This document shows positions 27,617 to 40,934 of a stretch of 64,000 bases of DNA, in pieces. Made by a program: the position numbers and the translations under genes. The notes under the pieces are model-generated. The model saw nothing but the letters and a program-made list of their open reading frames with translations, did not search any database and had not been told where the DNA came from. The first letter of the stretch is position 1. Every line of letters begins with the position of its first letter. Source of the DNA: Laetmonice hystrix (Eukaryota); the NCBI GenBank assembly GCA_965235115.1, contig OZ249443.1:12834001-12898000 (forward strand), read 5' to 3'.

Positions 27617-27777
27617 AGTTGATATCTCAAATAGTGCTGACATGAGACCAACATTGAGTGTTTCCCATTGACCGTCTGTTCAAGGAAAACCAGGTCGGAC
27701 GTTATTACAACTAAGTCTGAAACAGCAATTTAAATTTTAATTTTGGTCTCATGTAACTGCTATTTGAGATATCAACT
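27617..27777. repeat. 35-bp inverted repeat (hairpin/MITE-like)
   Basis: AGTTGATATCTCAAATAGtgctgACATGAGACCAA (27617-27651) is the reverse complement of 27743-27777 apart from a mismatched central 5-nt patch. Confidence 0.8.
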
Positions 27778-27971
27778 CGAAAATTTCTAGTTGATATTTT
27801 AAAAACATCGTGGTATTTACTCCTGTAAATAGGGGTTTTGAAATAAAACGTCACAGTTCGACAAGTATTTTTTATACCCACCCGATATACTACCGGAAGC
27901 TATAATATTGTACCGATAGGAAATGTATTCCACTGGTAAAAAGTTCATCTCGAGAGAGTATTTTTACTGAC

Positions 27972-28067
27972 CTTTTTCTTCTTTTTTCTCATGATGACCT
28001 TGACCCCATCGACAGATATGGAGATGTTGACCTTCTTCTTTTTGATGGCTTTGGCCTTGAATTCATA
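27972..28067 (-). CDS. NOS1AP: NOS1AP/CAPON-like PTB adaptor, internal exon ([32 protein letters not shown])
   Basis: 96 bp, phase 0/0. Acceptor ctccttttacgtttcag|TAT, donor AAG|gtcagt. Peptide closely matches vertebrate NOS1[33 protein letters not shown] as I recall it. Confidence 0.93.
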
Positions 28068-28438
28068 CTGAAACGTAAAAGGAGAGGACAACTTATTACA
28101 CTTGGCCTGAACATTTCCACACAATATCACGTCTCGATTACCCAACTCCAAATAATTGTTAAATTCAAACAACACTCAGGATAAGCACAATAAACTTTCA
28201 GATGGGCTGAAAATAGAAGCAGGCTATTGTCATACATTGGTATGGTATACGTTAAATGGTTAATTCTACCAGGCTCTCGGCAATATCTGAGACAGCAACT
28301 CAGTTTTCACCGCCATTACAACTCCAGCTCCAAACCCCGGTGGTTTGAAATCTTTCCGTTCCAGTAAACCAGCAATGAGAACTGCCGATACCGTTTCGTA
28401 TACATCCTTCCTGACGTATTGTCGTCGCCACTTTTCAC

Positions 28439-28460
28439 TGACGTCACGATTGGCCACGTG
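28439..28460. promoter_or_regulatory. CRE + CCAAT + E-box cluster
   Basis: TGACGTCA, GATTGGC and CACGTG within 22 bp, in a locally CpG-rich patch about 370 bp 5' of the exon at 28067. Function not shown. Confidence 0.3.
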
Positions 28461-29371
28461 TGGCTGCTAACTCGAAACGATTGATCTAATGTTAGTGATT
28501 TCAACCACCATTAGCAGACGACATATCCCCCAACCCCCACCACTGCTCACACGTGCTTAAACATTACTGATCGCTCGATTAATGAGTGACAACGTACCCA
28601 GTAAGTCACTTCATGGCTAGAATTAAACCAGGCTCCTCCTTCGCACACAAGTTGCTTTTTTTAACCAATTTTCCGCAATGATAGACTGATCTAAGTTATC
28701 ACTGTAATACATGCAACCAAGTGAACGGATGGATAGTCTTTTGTTTTTAAGTTTCTTATCCACTATAATGACTCCACCCTCCATATATTTCGAGAATCAA
28801 ATATTGCGTGTACGAAGACAACCGAGTCCGGATGAATATTGTTCATAGATCCATGAATCATTTGCAACGTTTTGCAGAAAGAATACAACCCATTAACAAA
28901 GAATACTGTTTATCTCAAAACTAGACAACCGCACGCCTGGCCTTGACAAGACAAATTTAAAGTCTACACCCATGGAAGGCTCTTTAAAATGACAAATCGA
29001 ATCACATATTTGTTTAATAAAACTCCAGTAATTTCCAATATCACTACCCTTGTGTTTGCTACCACGTCTTGGATCGACTACATCTTCAAACAGGTACCAT
29101 TAACAGCAATGACATGCAGCCTCACGTCCTCCCTTTATGCATGTTTAAAAATCCGCTTCTGATAAATAAAGTAAGACAGCCTTGTTTACGTTGTCATGTA
29201 CTTGAATACAAGCATGGCTCATTTGCGGCGAATGCCACAGAGCGGAGAGCTAATAATACAGTGGAAATATGACTCCAATTCTCTGGAGACTTCCTGGAAT
29301 CGTGACGACTGACCCAACGAGAACAGAGGAATTGGTGGAGTTCGTGGTGGTGGGGGTGATGGTGTCATGTA

Positions 29372-29794
29372 GCAGGCAGGCAGGGGCAGGCAGGTGGGCA
29401 GGCAGGTGGGCAGGCAGGCAGGGGCAGGCAGGTGGGCAGGCAGGTGGGCAGGCAGGCAGGGGCAGGCATGTGGGCAGGCAGGCAGGGGCAGGCAGGTGGG
29501 CAGGCAGGCAGGGGCAGGCAGGTGGGCAGGCAGGTGGGCAGGCAGGTGGGCAGGCAGGTGGGCAGGCAGGCAGGGGCAGGGGCAGGCAGGTGGGCAGGCA
29601 GGCAGGGGCAGGCAGGCAGGGGCAGGCAGGTGGGCAGGCAGGCAGGGGCAGGCAGGTGGGCAGGCAGGCAGGCAGGCAGGGGCAGGCAGGTGGGCAGGCA
29701 GGCAGGGGCAGGCAGGTGGGCAGGCAGGCAGGCAGGCAGGCAGGGGCAGGCAGGTGGGCAGGCAGGCAGGCAGGCAGGCAGGCAGCCAGCCAGC
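29372..29794. repeat. (GGCA)n-based compound microsatellite with GGTG/GGG interruptions
   Basis: Read directly from the sequence. Followed by three copies of TACAGGGTGTGG-like 12-mers at about 29812-29844. Confidence 0.97.
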
Positions 29795-31410
29795 CGACAC
29801 CGCGACACTAGTACAGGGTGTGGTACAGGGTGGGGTACAGGGTGTTTAGGATCACCATGCCCTGATCTCACCAACACCGACCTCTGGACAGTGTGATCGC
29901 CCGCCTCCATTGATCGGAGCCTGACCGAGCGGAAGGCCGGCGATAACGACAAACAACGTTAGAGAACTCGCCTGCTCTGATCGCAGGCTGAGGGCGTCAA
30001 GTCTGACCACCGACAGAAAACACCGGCACCCTCCGACCATGTTAAACATTCAATTTAGCTTGCCTGTCCTTGCCGCAACATGTAACTGTGAGCTGTCCTG
30101 GATAACATCCATGTAACAAATCCAAACCGACAAACTCTGACTAAGCAAGGCTTTCTCTAACTCCGATACCACATCTGATCGCCATAACGCCTGCCACACA
30201 CCGAAAAAAATATCATCTGCACAAATGGAAAATATCCACTTTCCCATCTGGTCGTTTGTTAAGATTTATGAGCATGCATTTATGGAGACGGTTGCCGAGA
30301 AATAACCTCCGAATACGGACCAGAGGCTGGCTAGACAAGCATGAATACCGTAATCGGATTGTGCGCCTGTGTGCACTGCTGATTCGTACTGCCCTCTCCA
30401 TTGGTTTTGACACCGTATGCCTGTATGAATAATATACTGAATCTGACTGTGTAACAGAAAAATACAACGCTACTGATTTAAATTCATTGGAGAACAGACA
30501 AAAATAGACTTAATTCATGTCCATATGTCATTGCCCATTTCAAGAGCCGAATAGTTATTACCAAGTTAAACAACATACACATGTATTTGTATATTGCCTA
30601 GAAATCTGCGCTTCCACTCAAGTTCGACATCGATTCTACTCTAACAGAGATTGCTATGATAAATCAGTTACAATACAGATAGAAATCCACATGAATTAAG
30701 ACTTCATATTGGCAGGCTTGATCCCTCCGCACTTTCAAAGTGTCTACAAAACCCAAAGGAACGCTACACTTAATTGTATTGTTGGATATACACACAAAAG
30801 TCAAATGACACTTTGACGTCATATTAGATTGACCTCCAACTGTAACCCACTGTGAAATAAAGCAAAAGCAAGAGTAAATATGCTTTCTCGGAACACAATG
30901 TCATTTCCCTCTCAAACTGTGCGGGCTCATACCTGAGCTCAGATGATCTGCTACATATCCTCCCATATAAATAGATGGTTACTGGAGTGCCATCCACACG
31001 TGGGCGATATTATTGGTCGTCCCGCTGAGGTTGGACAGAATCTTGTCATCTCAATCCTCTCCTCATCCAGTGCCAGAATTAATACCTAAAATATTCATCA
31101 CCACCAAACCAGCTTTATGAATTTACACAACTCTATATTCATGAGAATCACAGAAATATACCCGTACGGCCTCTCATTCACCCGGGAATGTTTGTTCACT
31201 AACCATTCAAATAGGAAACGTATTCCTCGCTTAAGGCCAACCTTACTTTGGTTTTAATGGGGTATGGGAAAACAAGTGGGGAGGAGGGGGGAAAAATCGT
31301 CATTTCTAGGACTTATCAGTACAGTCAGAACAGTGTTCTTATCACTGAGGCACTGGTTGCTTTAATCAAGTTTGTTTATATCTGTTCATTATCTGATTTG
31401 TACACAAATA

Positions 31411-32029
31411 TCCAGTATCAGTCTGACCCAAGATACCACACAGGCTTCCTGTATCAATCTGACTTGATACATACCACATAGGCTTCCAGTATCAATCTGA
31501 CCCAATATACCACACAGGCTTCCAGTATCAGTCTGACCCAATATACCACACAGGCTTCCTGTATCAATCTGACTTGATACGTACCACACAGGCTTCCAGT
31601 ATCAATCGGACTTGATACGTACCACACAGGCTTCCAGTATCAATCTGACTTTATACATGCCACACAGGCTTCCAGTATCATTCTGACTTTATATATGCCA
31701 CACCAGTCTGACTTGATGTATGCCACACATGTTTCCAGTATCATTCTGACTTGATACATGCTGCCACACAGGCTTCCAGTGTAAGTCTGACTTAATACAT
31801 GCCACAGGGGCTTCCAGTATCAGTCTGACTTGATACATGCTGCCACACAGGCTTCCAGTATCATTCTGACTTGATACATGCTGCCACACAGGCTTCCAGT
31901 ATCAGTCTGACTTAATACATGCCACACAGGCTTCCAGTATCAATCTGACTTAATACATGCCACACAGGCTTCCAGTATCAATCTGACTTAATACATGCCA
32001 CACAGGCTTCCAGTATCAATCTGACTTTA
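31411..32029. repeat. 38-41-bp minisatellite, about 16 diverged copies
   Basis: Consensus tatcaatctgacttgatacatgccacacaggcttccag. Confidence 0.95.
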
Positions 32030-33352
32030 TAGTCATAGTCTGCATGCACTCCCTCATGATGGGGGTCAATCCTGAATTACTTTGTTATAACATCTACAAG
32101 ATATGTCTTTCAAAAAGTACCAAAAAATTGTTTCAATAATACTGCATTTAAAGGTCTGGTGGAAATGCTGTCAAAGTGATAATGGACGCTGGTATGTAGT
32201 TTCTACTATCGGGTGTGGCCGGACATTGACGCATGTTACAGCCACGTTATGGGGTATTCCATATAACCCAACACCCTTATTGACGTAAAAACCAGGACAC
32301 CCCCCATCCCCACCACCACCCTTCAATTTCCCGTCTCCCCCATCAGCCGGTCAACTAGAGTCACGGACAATTCGCCGCCGCCTACAATGAGGAATTCACC
32401 ATTAACTGAAATGACCCATGTCCAGCCCCGGGGAGGCCTGCAACCGTTGGCTGACCGCTTGCCGAACTGACCACGGGGTAATACCATGGTCAGCAATCAC
32501 CACAACGGCTCAGGAAAAATCATGTCAATTATGTGTGGGCCGATAGCACAATGTTTGGCCTGCGCCGCGCTGGGAAGTGGGTACTATGGAACTGCTGCAT
32601 GGTATAGGACAACCTCATGACGAAATCACCAGTGGAAGCCGGTCAGTGATGCTCGCTTAAGAGCGGGAAGGTAAACTACAGATACAATTGTGAAAAAATA
32701 TATCTCCCTCGAAAAATACACTGTTTCCTGAGACTAATAACAGTAATAGCAGAAACCAAAGACAAACCTGGAAAAAGATGATCAATCGTCCTTTCAATTC
32801 AATGGAAAAGATCCGATTTTACCCGAAATTTTCGCAAGGAAATTTACACAAAATGAAGAAATTGAGGACTCCAGGTATCACAGAGATATGGCGTTAGAAC
32901 ATCGACCGAGAATCTGTTTCCAGTTTACCTTGAACAGACAGTTTCTCTTTTTTCTCAAATCCTCCATTAATTTTAGTAAATCACCCATCCCTTTTGTTTA
33001 ACAGCTCTGGATAATGAACTATATGTGAGAATGGCAATCAAAGAATCTCATGTCGTTTTTAGTAATAATGCAATTTTCTTCCTTCCGACTTCGTCCTTTT
33101 TTAGCTGTCATCGTTTTTCTCTGCATCTCATTTCCTCTTAAACGTCATAAGATATACCTTTAAATTGACTCGTGAGACCTCCCACGTAGGCTCACCCTGT
33201 GCACCAAATACCCCGTTATGGACACAGCCAGCACAACAAGAATTCACACGACTCAGTTTCGCAAACAGACAAACACATTTAACGCTAAATTCCGACAACT
33301 ACCCCTCTTTGGCCAGGCGAAGATTTCCTCCGAGATTGTATTTAAGAACCAC

Positions 33353-34655
33353 TTAAAGTGGCTGAGAAAACTCTATGGTCTCCATTAGCTTCCAACTCAC
33401 GGTACGTCAACGTGACGTTGAGACGGCACACGCCAAGTAAACACAATGTTCAATATCTTCCTCTCACATTCCATCTGCTGCCTGAACACGCCGGTAAAGT
33501 CAACCAGCAGAGGTAAGGCAAGCACATCGTCTCGGCTTTTTTATCTCCATACACATAAATACTGACTCCATACTGGAGCCGAGATATGGAGTTAGAAAAA
33601 CACCGTTATGTGGGTATTGATGGTTTGATGGTGCATGGTTTACCAACTACGAGTTGCCACTATCGGTATCACACTCACGGCTTTAGTTAGAAAAACACCG
33701 TTATGTGGGTATTGATGGTTTGATGGTGCATGGTTTACCAACTACGAGTTGCCACTATCGGTATCACACTCACGGCTTTAGTTAGAAAAACACCGTTATG
33801 TGGGTATTGATGGTTTGATGGTGCATGGTTTACCAACTACGAGTTGCCACTATCGGTATCACACTCACGGCTTTGGTTAGAAAAACACCGTTATGTGGGT
33901 ATTGATGGTTTGATGGTGCATGGTTTACCAACTACGAGTTGCCACTATCGGTATCACACTCACGGCTTTAGTTAGAAAAACACCGTTATGTGGGTATTGA
34001 TGGTTTGATGGTGCATGGTTTACCAACTACGAGTTGCCACTATCGGTGTCACACTCACGGCTTTGGTTAGAAAAACACCGTTATGTGGGTATTGATGGTT
34101 TGATGGTGCATGGTTTACCAACTACGTTGCCACTATCGGTATCACACTCACGGCTTTAGTTAGAAAAACACCGTTATGTGGGTATTGATGGTTTGATGGT
34201 GCATTGTTTACCAACTACGTTGTCACTATCGGTATCACACTCACGGCTTTAGTTAGAAAAACACCGTTATGTGGGTATTGATGGTTTGATGGTGCATGGT
34301 TTACCAACTACGAGTTGCCACCATCGGTATCACACTCACGGCTTTAGTTAGAAAAACACCGTTATGTGGGTATTGATGGTTTGATGGTGCATGGTTTACC
34401 AACTACGAGTTGTTTGATGGTGCATAGTTTACCAACTACGAGTTGCCACTATCGGTATCACACTCACGGCTTTAGTTAGAAAAACACCGTTATGTGGGTA
34501 TTGATGGTTTGATGGTGCATGGTTTACCAACTACGAGTTGTTTGATGGTGCATAGTTTACCAACTACGAGTTGCCACTATCGGTATCACACTCACGGTTT
34601 TGGAGCGTCAGAAATCACGGCAGGTATTTTACTGAGCAGCGGAGTGCCAGCTTAT
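33353..34655. mobile_element. Putative TTAA-target (Kolobok/piggyBac-like) non-autonomous element hosting the 95-bp array
   Basis: Left end TTAA|AGTGGCTGAG. Right end GGAGTGCCAGCTTAT resembles a degenerate ...GCCACTTTAA. Internal inverted CTCGGCT/AGCCGAG. The GAGATATGG.GTTAGAA motif is also seen at about 32884. Confidence 0.3.
33591..34597. repeat. 95-bp minisatellite, 10 copies
   Basis: Units start at 33591, 33686, 33781, 33876, 33971, 34066, 34159, 34252, 34347 and 34475. Two are 93 bp and the last two carry a 33-bp internal duplication. Confidence 0.97.
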
Positions 34656-37600
34656 CATACGACTGTAACACAAGTCTCCCTACACCTCCCACCCGGTCCT
34701 GTCTATGTCGATTCCTTACTTCTATCTGTCATCTACAGGTTGTAGTGTCTCAGATCATTAACTGACATGTCAAGAGATGGAAATATCCGAATGACCTGAT
34801 TCTAAATGTTAAATCATGACAATAGTGTCGGGGAACATGCCTGGAATCAGATGACAACATTCACAAAATGACTTAAAATAGACGATGACATACAGGTAGG
34901 ATCTTCTGGTAGTACCATGGGATCATGAAAACCTTTCAAAGGACATCATTGCTGTAAGTGATATCTCTATTTTACTTAGTTTCACTTTTTTTAAATCTAT
35001 GGTGTGAGACTTATAATTATTGTATCATAATTACGTCCCAATAATACTGAAGATATTTCTATCTTTAATTTTAGAACGTATCCAACAGTGGGATGGGAAA
35101 GTAGCGAATGTCCTGCCCTCTGTACCGTATACAAAACCTTCCTTCCATGTGATGCACACATAGCAAATCCTGACTTTGAAATATTCTACCATTGCTGTAT
35201 ATTCCGGCTAGATCAAGCCCCATCATTACCTCCGATAACTAGATGTAGTCCATACTGGACATGTAATTTATACATTACCTCCGAAGTCTTGTAGTAAATG
35301 CTCCCCACCATCCAACCAAATCAAGCGGCAGTGGTCTCCAACATGGCGTTCCATACAATGAATCGATGACAAACAGTAGTACCTTGACTAATGTAATCAC
35401 TTTAGAGGCCCTCGATTTTCTGCCGTAACATTTCAGGGATAAAATAAACATCACTTTCTCCTTAGACTAGGACCAGTCGAAGGCTCGTGAAGGGATCCAA
35501 TTACTTAACTTTCCCATGTTGGAGAAGCCCACTGACAGATTGCCTCCTACTATGGTGGCTATGATATTGCCCTAGCAACGCCCTGGTAACGCCTAGTGCC
35601 AGCCAGACAAGCTGCACTTTGCGGATTGTTTGACAACATCACACCGGTGGTAAGAGCAATGGACGCCATCTCTCCGGCCACCGTGACGCCATCATTCTGT
35701 TCATTCTGCCATTTCTTTCATTTAGATTTTTATTCATAATGAAAGAACATAATAGTGCACTACTTCTCTTCTGTTTATTTAACTGTAGTATCTTGGAGTG
35801 TGAATTTATACATGGAGTTGCAGTATCTATGCTACACAGTTCCTTAAATGATTTCCCGCTCACCTAGTCATATGCAGTATCTGTATAACACACGCACCAC
35901 GGGAGCCTACTGAACCACTGTAATTATTGTTCCGCTATGTGTACCATATTGTTGTATAGATATATCACTATTAAAGTTTCATTTTTACAACACAGTGAGT
36001 TAAACCCCTCTCAGCTATTTGTGCGTTGTAAACGCTGTACACAATGTGAGTTTAGCATTTTCTATTTCACGGATTCCTACAACAAATAGACTCCATCCAA
36101 TAAAATCCACAGACACTGGATTATTCATGCATGTCACAATACCACAGAACCCGGTAAAAATGGAATAAATCGATTGTTGAACTTGTAACAGTGGTGTCAA
36201 GCCTATTACAGCATCTCACAGTACATTGGTGGCTTCCCCGGTCAACATGCCATAAGTAACTGACAGAATTCTACACCTGCTCAGATGGCCCAGGAGGATA
36301 GCGGCATTATTCTACCATGAGCTGTCTAGATGAGTTCAACGGGGGCCGGCTATGGGTGGTAAATAGCTACAATACCACGGGGATTCCAGCTGTTCTTTTG
36401 ACTGATCTAGAGATTTGTGCACTAGCTTTTCAGTTAAGGTCGGAATAGCAATGACCTCAGAATCAGAACTCTTCTCCTTCATGGGATTAAGGACAAAAAG
36501 ACAGAAATGACTTCCAAGTGAATACTGGTACTGCACTGCGAGCCTTAAAGGCGCTTATTACCTATAACTGTTTTTTTTTTTTACAAAAGTGCAAACGCTA
36601 GTAATTTGATAGATCCTAGTTTTTTAGGTGACATATCATGAAATGAATATTCAGAATATTAATCTTGCAATGCTTTCATGCTGCTATAATTTAACGGTCG
36701 GATAACATCAGAAGCCAGTGATGTGAGACTATCTTAATTAGAGCCATTAATGCAATCTGTCCTGAACAACTCTAATTCACTGTGTTTATACCCTGATGAT
36801 CAGACACCTCCCCCCCCCGCCAAAACCCCTCCCACGTGAGACAGCCAGGCAACCCCTCCCACCCTCACCCCGACCAAACATGTCTCGATGTTGTGTCCTG
36901 TAAGCGAGCCAAACGCCACCTATTGTTGAACACTGCCGGGTTTCCCGGTCCCGGAGGAACCACAAGGTGTATACGTCATTACATCCACTAACCCTAGCTA
37001 CATGCAATCGTGCGTGTTGACCGCGGCTAGGGCCATGTTTGCTAACACGTGGGTACTGATGGGGAGCCTCTTTACGGGAAAAAAAGGGTCTTACATGGTC
37101 AGCCTCAAACCATGTTCACCTTCCCTGACACATACCAAACAAACACGACGATCTTGGTTTGCCCTTCTGCCTATTACTTGGATAGAAACCCATCCATATT
37201 AATATTCATCTAAGATTATTGGTTAATGACATTAGATTGTCCGAGCAAGGACGCTTTTCCTGCTCACATAGTGTGGCACCTACCCCTTGTGTTATTTGTA
37301 CTAAAAGAAGCCATATGAAAAATATACTTTTTAATACCGGTCAGACGTACATTATAAGAAAGTTGACTAAAACTCGCTGAAGCCACTTTTAGCATCCAGT
37401 CTTGTTTTCCCTCACATTTTCAGTTCTGTTGTTATATGTCAGGACTGGCAGGGAAAGTCAAACGACCTTCCGAGCACACAAAAACCGAAGTTTGCACATT
37501 GGGCGTACATCTGTCTCCGTACCAAGTAAAACAAGACGTTATTGAAATACGTGCCAGCCAAGTCACAATCACCTCCCCCATCTCCCCCGGCAGTAGGCCC

Positions 37601-38579
37601 TGGCCATCCCTGGGACTCCCCAAACAGGTAGGGGGCGGTTTCAGCCTTGGGCGTTTACTCACTCAGACCCTGTGCCCTTTATATGCCCTTACTCCTAATG
37701 CCTTCTAGCAAATCTTCAATAGTTCCCAGGGTGCTGCAATGAAAGGTCAGCCCGAGTCTGCCGCGGAAAATGAGCATGTCCCTCAACTGACCCCCGACCG
37801 GCCACCGAGTGTGGCGAGGACCTTCGGCTTTCATGATGGAGATCTAAGGTCATGCGGTATTTACCTGGGCAAGCAGCCCTCTAGGCAGCCATTACCACAA
37901 CAAATTGTTGCCAGGATACCACGCCCGGTGTCTGCTGGGACGGCTGATCTCATCTATAGCCAATCACAGGGCTGCACGCAAACGACAGTGTTCAAGGGAA
38001 GCCACTTTGTCTTTGCTTCAAATCACAGCTACCAACGCCCAGCACAAAATAACGTCAACCCGTCCTAATTATATGCTCGTCTATTCAAAAAGCTTGGGGG
38101 AGTGTGGGAGGCACTGAAGTGTGCAAGTCAAATGAAGTATAGAAAGTAAATGATTTGTGTGCTGGATTTCAGCTTGATATCTCAAATCTTCATGCAGCGT
38201 TACATGCCTTCTTTAAATTCGCTGCCATCATTGTGTGAACGTAATGTCAGTCTCATACAAACCACACATTGCTATTTACTCTGACAGGTCCTTTTCCGAT
38301 ATTTCAAACAGCAAATTGACAAGCCTGATTCAATTAAAAATCTCTTTTAGCATCAAGTTATGTCGTGCGTTCATGAATGTGGATTCTAGTGAGGCAGAGT
38401 CAACAAAAGCTAAATGAATAAAAAGTTGTAACTTGAAGAGCAGAAATCTCTGGATCTGCCATGGTTTGAATTAAACAAACATTGTCAATTCCGCTGCACC
38501 TGGGTCCGCCAACTGAATGGTTCTGTCATCACCCAGGAGTGAGCGTGGGATCCCGTCTGTCGTACAAACACTGGAGGGA

Positions 38580-39171
38580 GTGAAGGGAGGAGAGAGTAAA
38601 TGTATTGTTTCAGGCCACAGGAAGGTCTCACACTGGCAGGCAGTTCGGACCAGGTGAAGGGAGGAGAGAGTAAATGTATTGTTTCAGGCCACAGGAAGGT
38701 CTCACACTGGCAGGCAGTTCGGACCAGGTGAAGGGAGGAGAGAGTAAATGTATTGTTTCAGGCCACAGGAAGGTCTCACACTGGCAGGCAGTTCGGACCA
38801 GGTGAAGGGAGGACAGAGTAAATGTATTGTTTCAGGCCACAGGAAGGTCTCACACTGGCAGGCAGTTCGGACCAGGTGAAGGGAGGACAGAGTAAATGTA
38901 TTGTTTCAGGCCACAGGAAGGTCTCACACTGGCAGGCAGTTCGGACCAGGTGAAGGGACGACAGAGTAAATGTATTGTTTCAGGCCACAGGAAGGTCTCA
39001 CACTGGCAGGCAGTTCGGACCAGGTGAAGGGAGGAGAGAGTAAATGTATTGTTTCAGGCCACAGGAAGGTCTCACACTGGCAGGCAGTTCGGACCAGGTG
39101 AAGGGAGGAGAGAGTAAATGTATTGTTTCATGCCACAGGAAGGTCTCACACTGGCAGGCAGTTCGGACCAG
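38580..39171. repeat. 74-bp minisatellite, 8 near-identical copies
   Basis: Unit gtgaagggaggagagagtaaatgtattgtttcaggccacaggaaggtctcacactggcaggcagttcggaccag; 592 bp equals 8.0 units. Confidence 0.98.
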
Positions 39172-40172
39172 GATAACGTCTCCATGGTGACGTTACTGAC
39201 GGCTGGAGACGTCAGCCTCCAGCTGTTAACCAATCACAATCGTGACCAGTAATCGTGGACCATGAGACGAGTCAGGTAAGACTGACTGACTGACTGACAG
39301 GTAAGGGTCAGACTGGAAAGAGGGTTCAGACGTACAGGCCCCGGTTTCAGACAGGCTCGAAGCAGCAAACTGGAAGATAAGCAGGGCTCCACTGGCCGAA
39401 GACACAGACACTTTAACTTTCTACGTTGATTTTCATGGATATTTTCTCGGCACTCTGAACTATTACTTTAAACAACGGCTTCGGAATTAAGACCAACTAT
39501 CTCCCTCATCACAGCACTGTAAAGCATGAGAAGAGAAAAACAAGATGTTACAGTTTTTTTAGCGAATGGCAATCATGCTATAACATGGACATAAATGTTC
39601 CTGCATGGCGTGCGAGTCGAATCCAGCGCATGGGGTGGGTGGCTCATACACCCACGCTCCATTACCGCCCATAGTCATACATCAGAGATAACGTATCTAA
39701 TAGTAATGTTTATGGATGCTGCCTCACTGCCTCATATCTAATGAGGTGAGAAACATTCATTTATGCCTAGCGACTAAAAAACCCACCCATCTTGTGTACA
39801 GATTGGGATCATCTGTCAGAAGTGTCTCTTGTCTCGGGGCTGATCGTAAACGTAACTTAGACATCATAAACCAAGTGAGAACATAAAGTGCTGGAGTGTT
39901 TTTTTCTCTTTCTCTCCTTCACGGCTATAGATGGGATTACATTCTACCTATGTTCTGACGGTGTTGAGATATATCCGACCGGTTACAAGTGATAGCGTAC
40001 CTGTAATAGCAGGAGCCTGCCAGTTTCTCACACTCTCTCCGCGTAGTCTCTTCAATCACTGTGAAGTCAGTGGCTGTCTCCGGAAACATTCCAAAGTGTT
40101 GTACTTCCCGGCACGTTTTCCGATCCATTAAGTAATTACTGCCTCCGTTTTGGTCGGCTTACAGTAAACAAC

Positions 40173-40239
40173 CAACCGGTTGGCAGTCAGAGTATGCAGA
40201 AACAACACAACCAGTTGGCAGTCAGAGTATGCAGAAACA
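40173..40239. repeat. 35-bp direct repeat, 2 copies
   Basis: caacc(g/a)gttggcagtcagagtatgcagaaaca occurs twice. Confidence 0.85.
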
Positions 40240-40802
40240 GCCGTTTCAGCATTACTGAAACGTTAAGGGTCCGTCATGTGTTATGACATCACAATCTTCC
40301 CTTGAAAGAAAGTCAACCGTTTATTTTATCTGGAACTGCCTCACATACGAAGAGCGATGTCGCTGGGCTTTTCTGTGATACTGAGGTTGGCTTTCACTAC
40401 TAAAGACAACCGGGCTTTTCCGTTCCTACCAAACTCCTGACGCCGTTCGGATTTTGTAACATTACAAAGCGGTCCCCTTCTCACAATGTGTAAACAGCCC
40501 CTCAGGTCATCCCTCATGGTTACTTCATCCTCAGCTCTGGCGACCACCCTAATCTTTGGACAGATGGATTCCGAGGCTAAGGATCATCTGACACGCCAAC
40601 ACAAGACAAACCCCGCTTCTCAAAACATACCTCAGGGTTCTCTAACTGCAACTTGGATCAGGGAAACTTTCATTTCAATCAGCGTCGTCGTTTGGAAACA
40701 GCCATCAAAGGAAGAACTGTGGGCCTTGGCTGAAAGACACAACTACCAGACGTTTATTTGTCCCGAAGCGAACCCTGATTGATTGGCCTGAGAACGTGGG
40801 CC

Positions 40803-40934
40803 GTCAGCTCTTGTCCACAGTCAGCTCCTGTGCACAGTCAGCTCTTGTCCACAGTCAGCTCTTGTCCACAGTCAGCTCTTGTCCACAGTCAGCTCTTGTC
40901 CACAGTCAGCTCTTGTCCACGGTCAGCTCTTGTC
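40803..40934. repeat. 17-bp minisatellite, about 8 copies
   Basis: Unit gtcagctcttgtccaca. Confidence 0.95.

Noticed and set aside
27945-28175. ORF-track 76-aa ORF as a whole gene
   Set aside because: Only 28067-27972 is exon; the rest is intronic read-through beyond the AG/GT sites.
29219-29952. Pro/Ala/Cys- and Gly/Arg/Gln-rich ORFs
   Set aside because: Translations of the (GGCA)n microsatellite.
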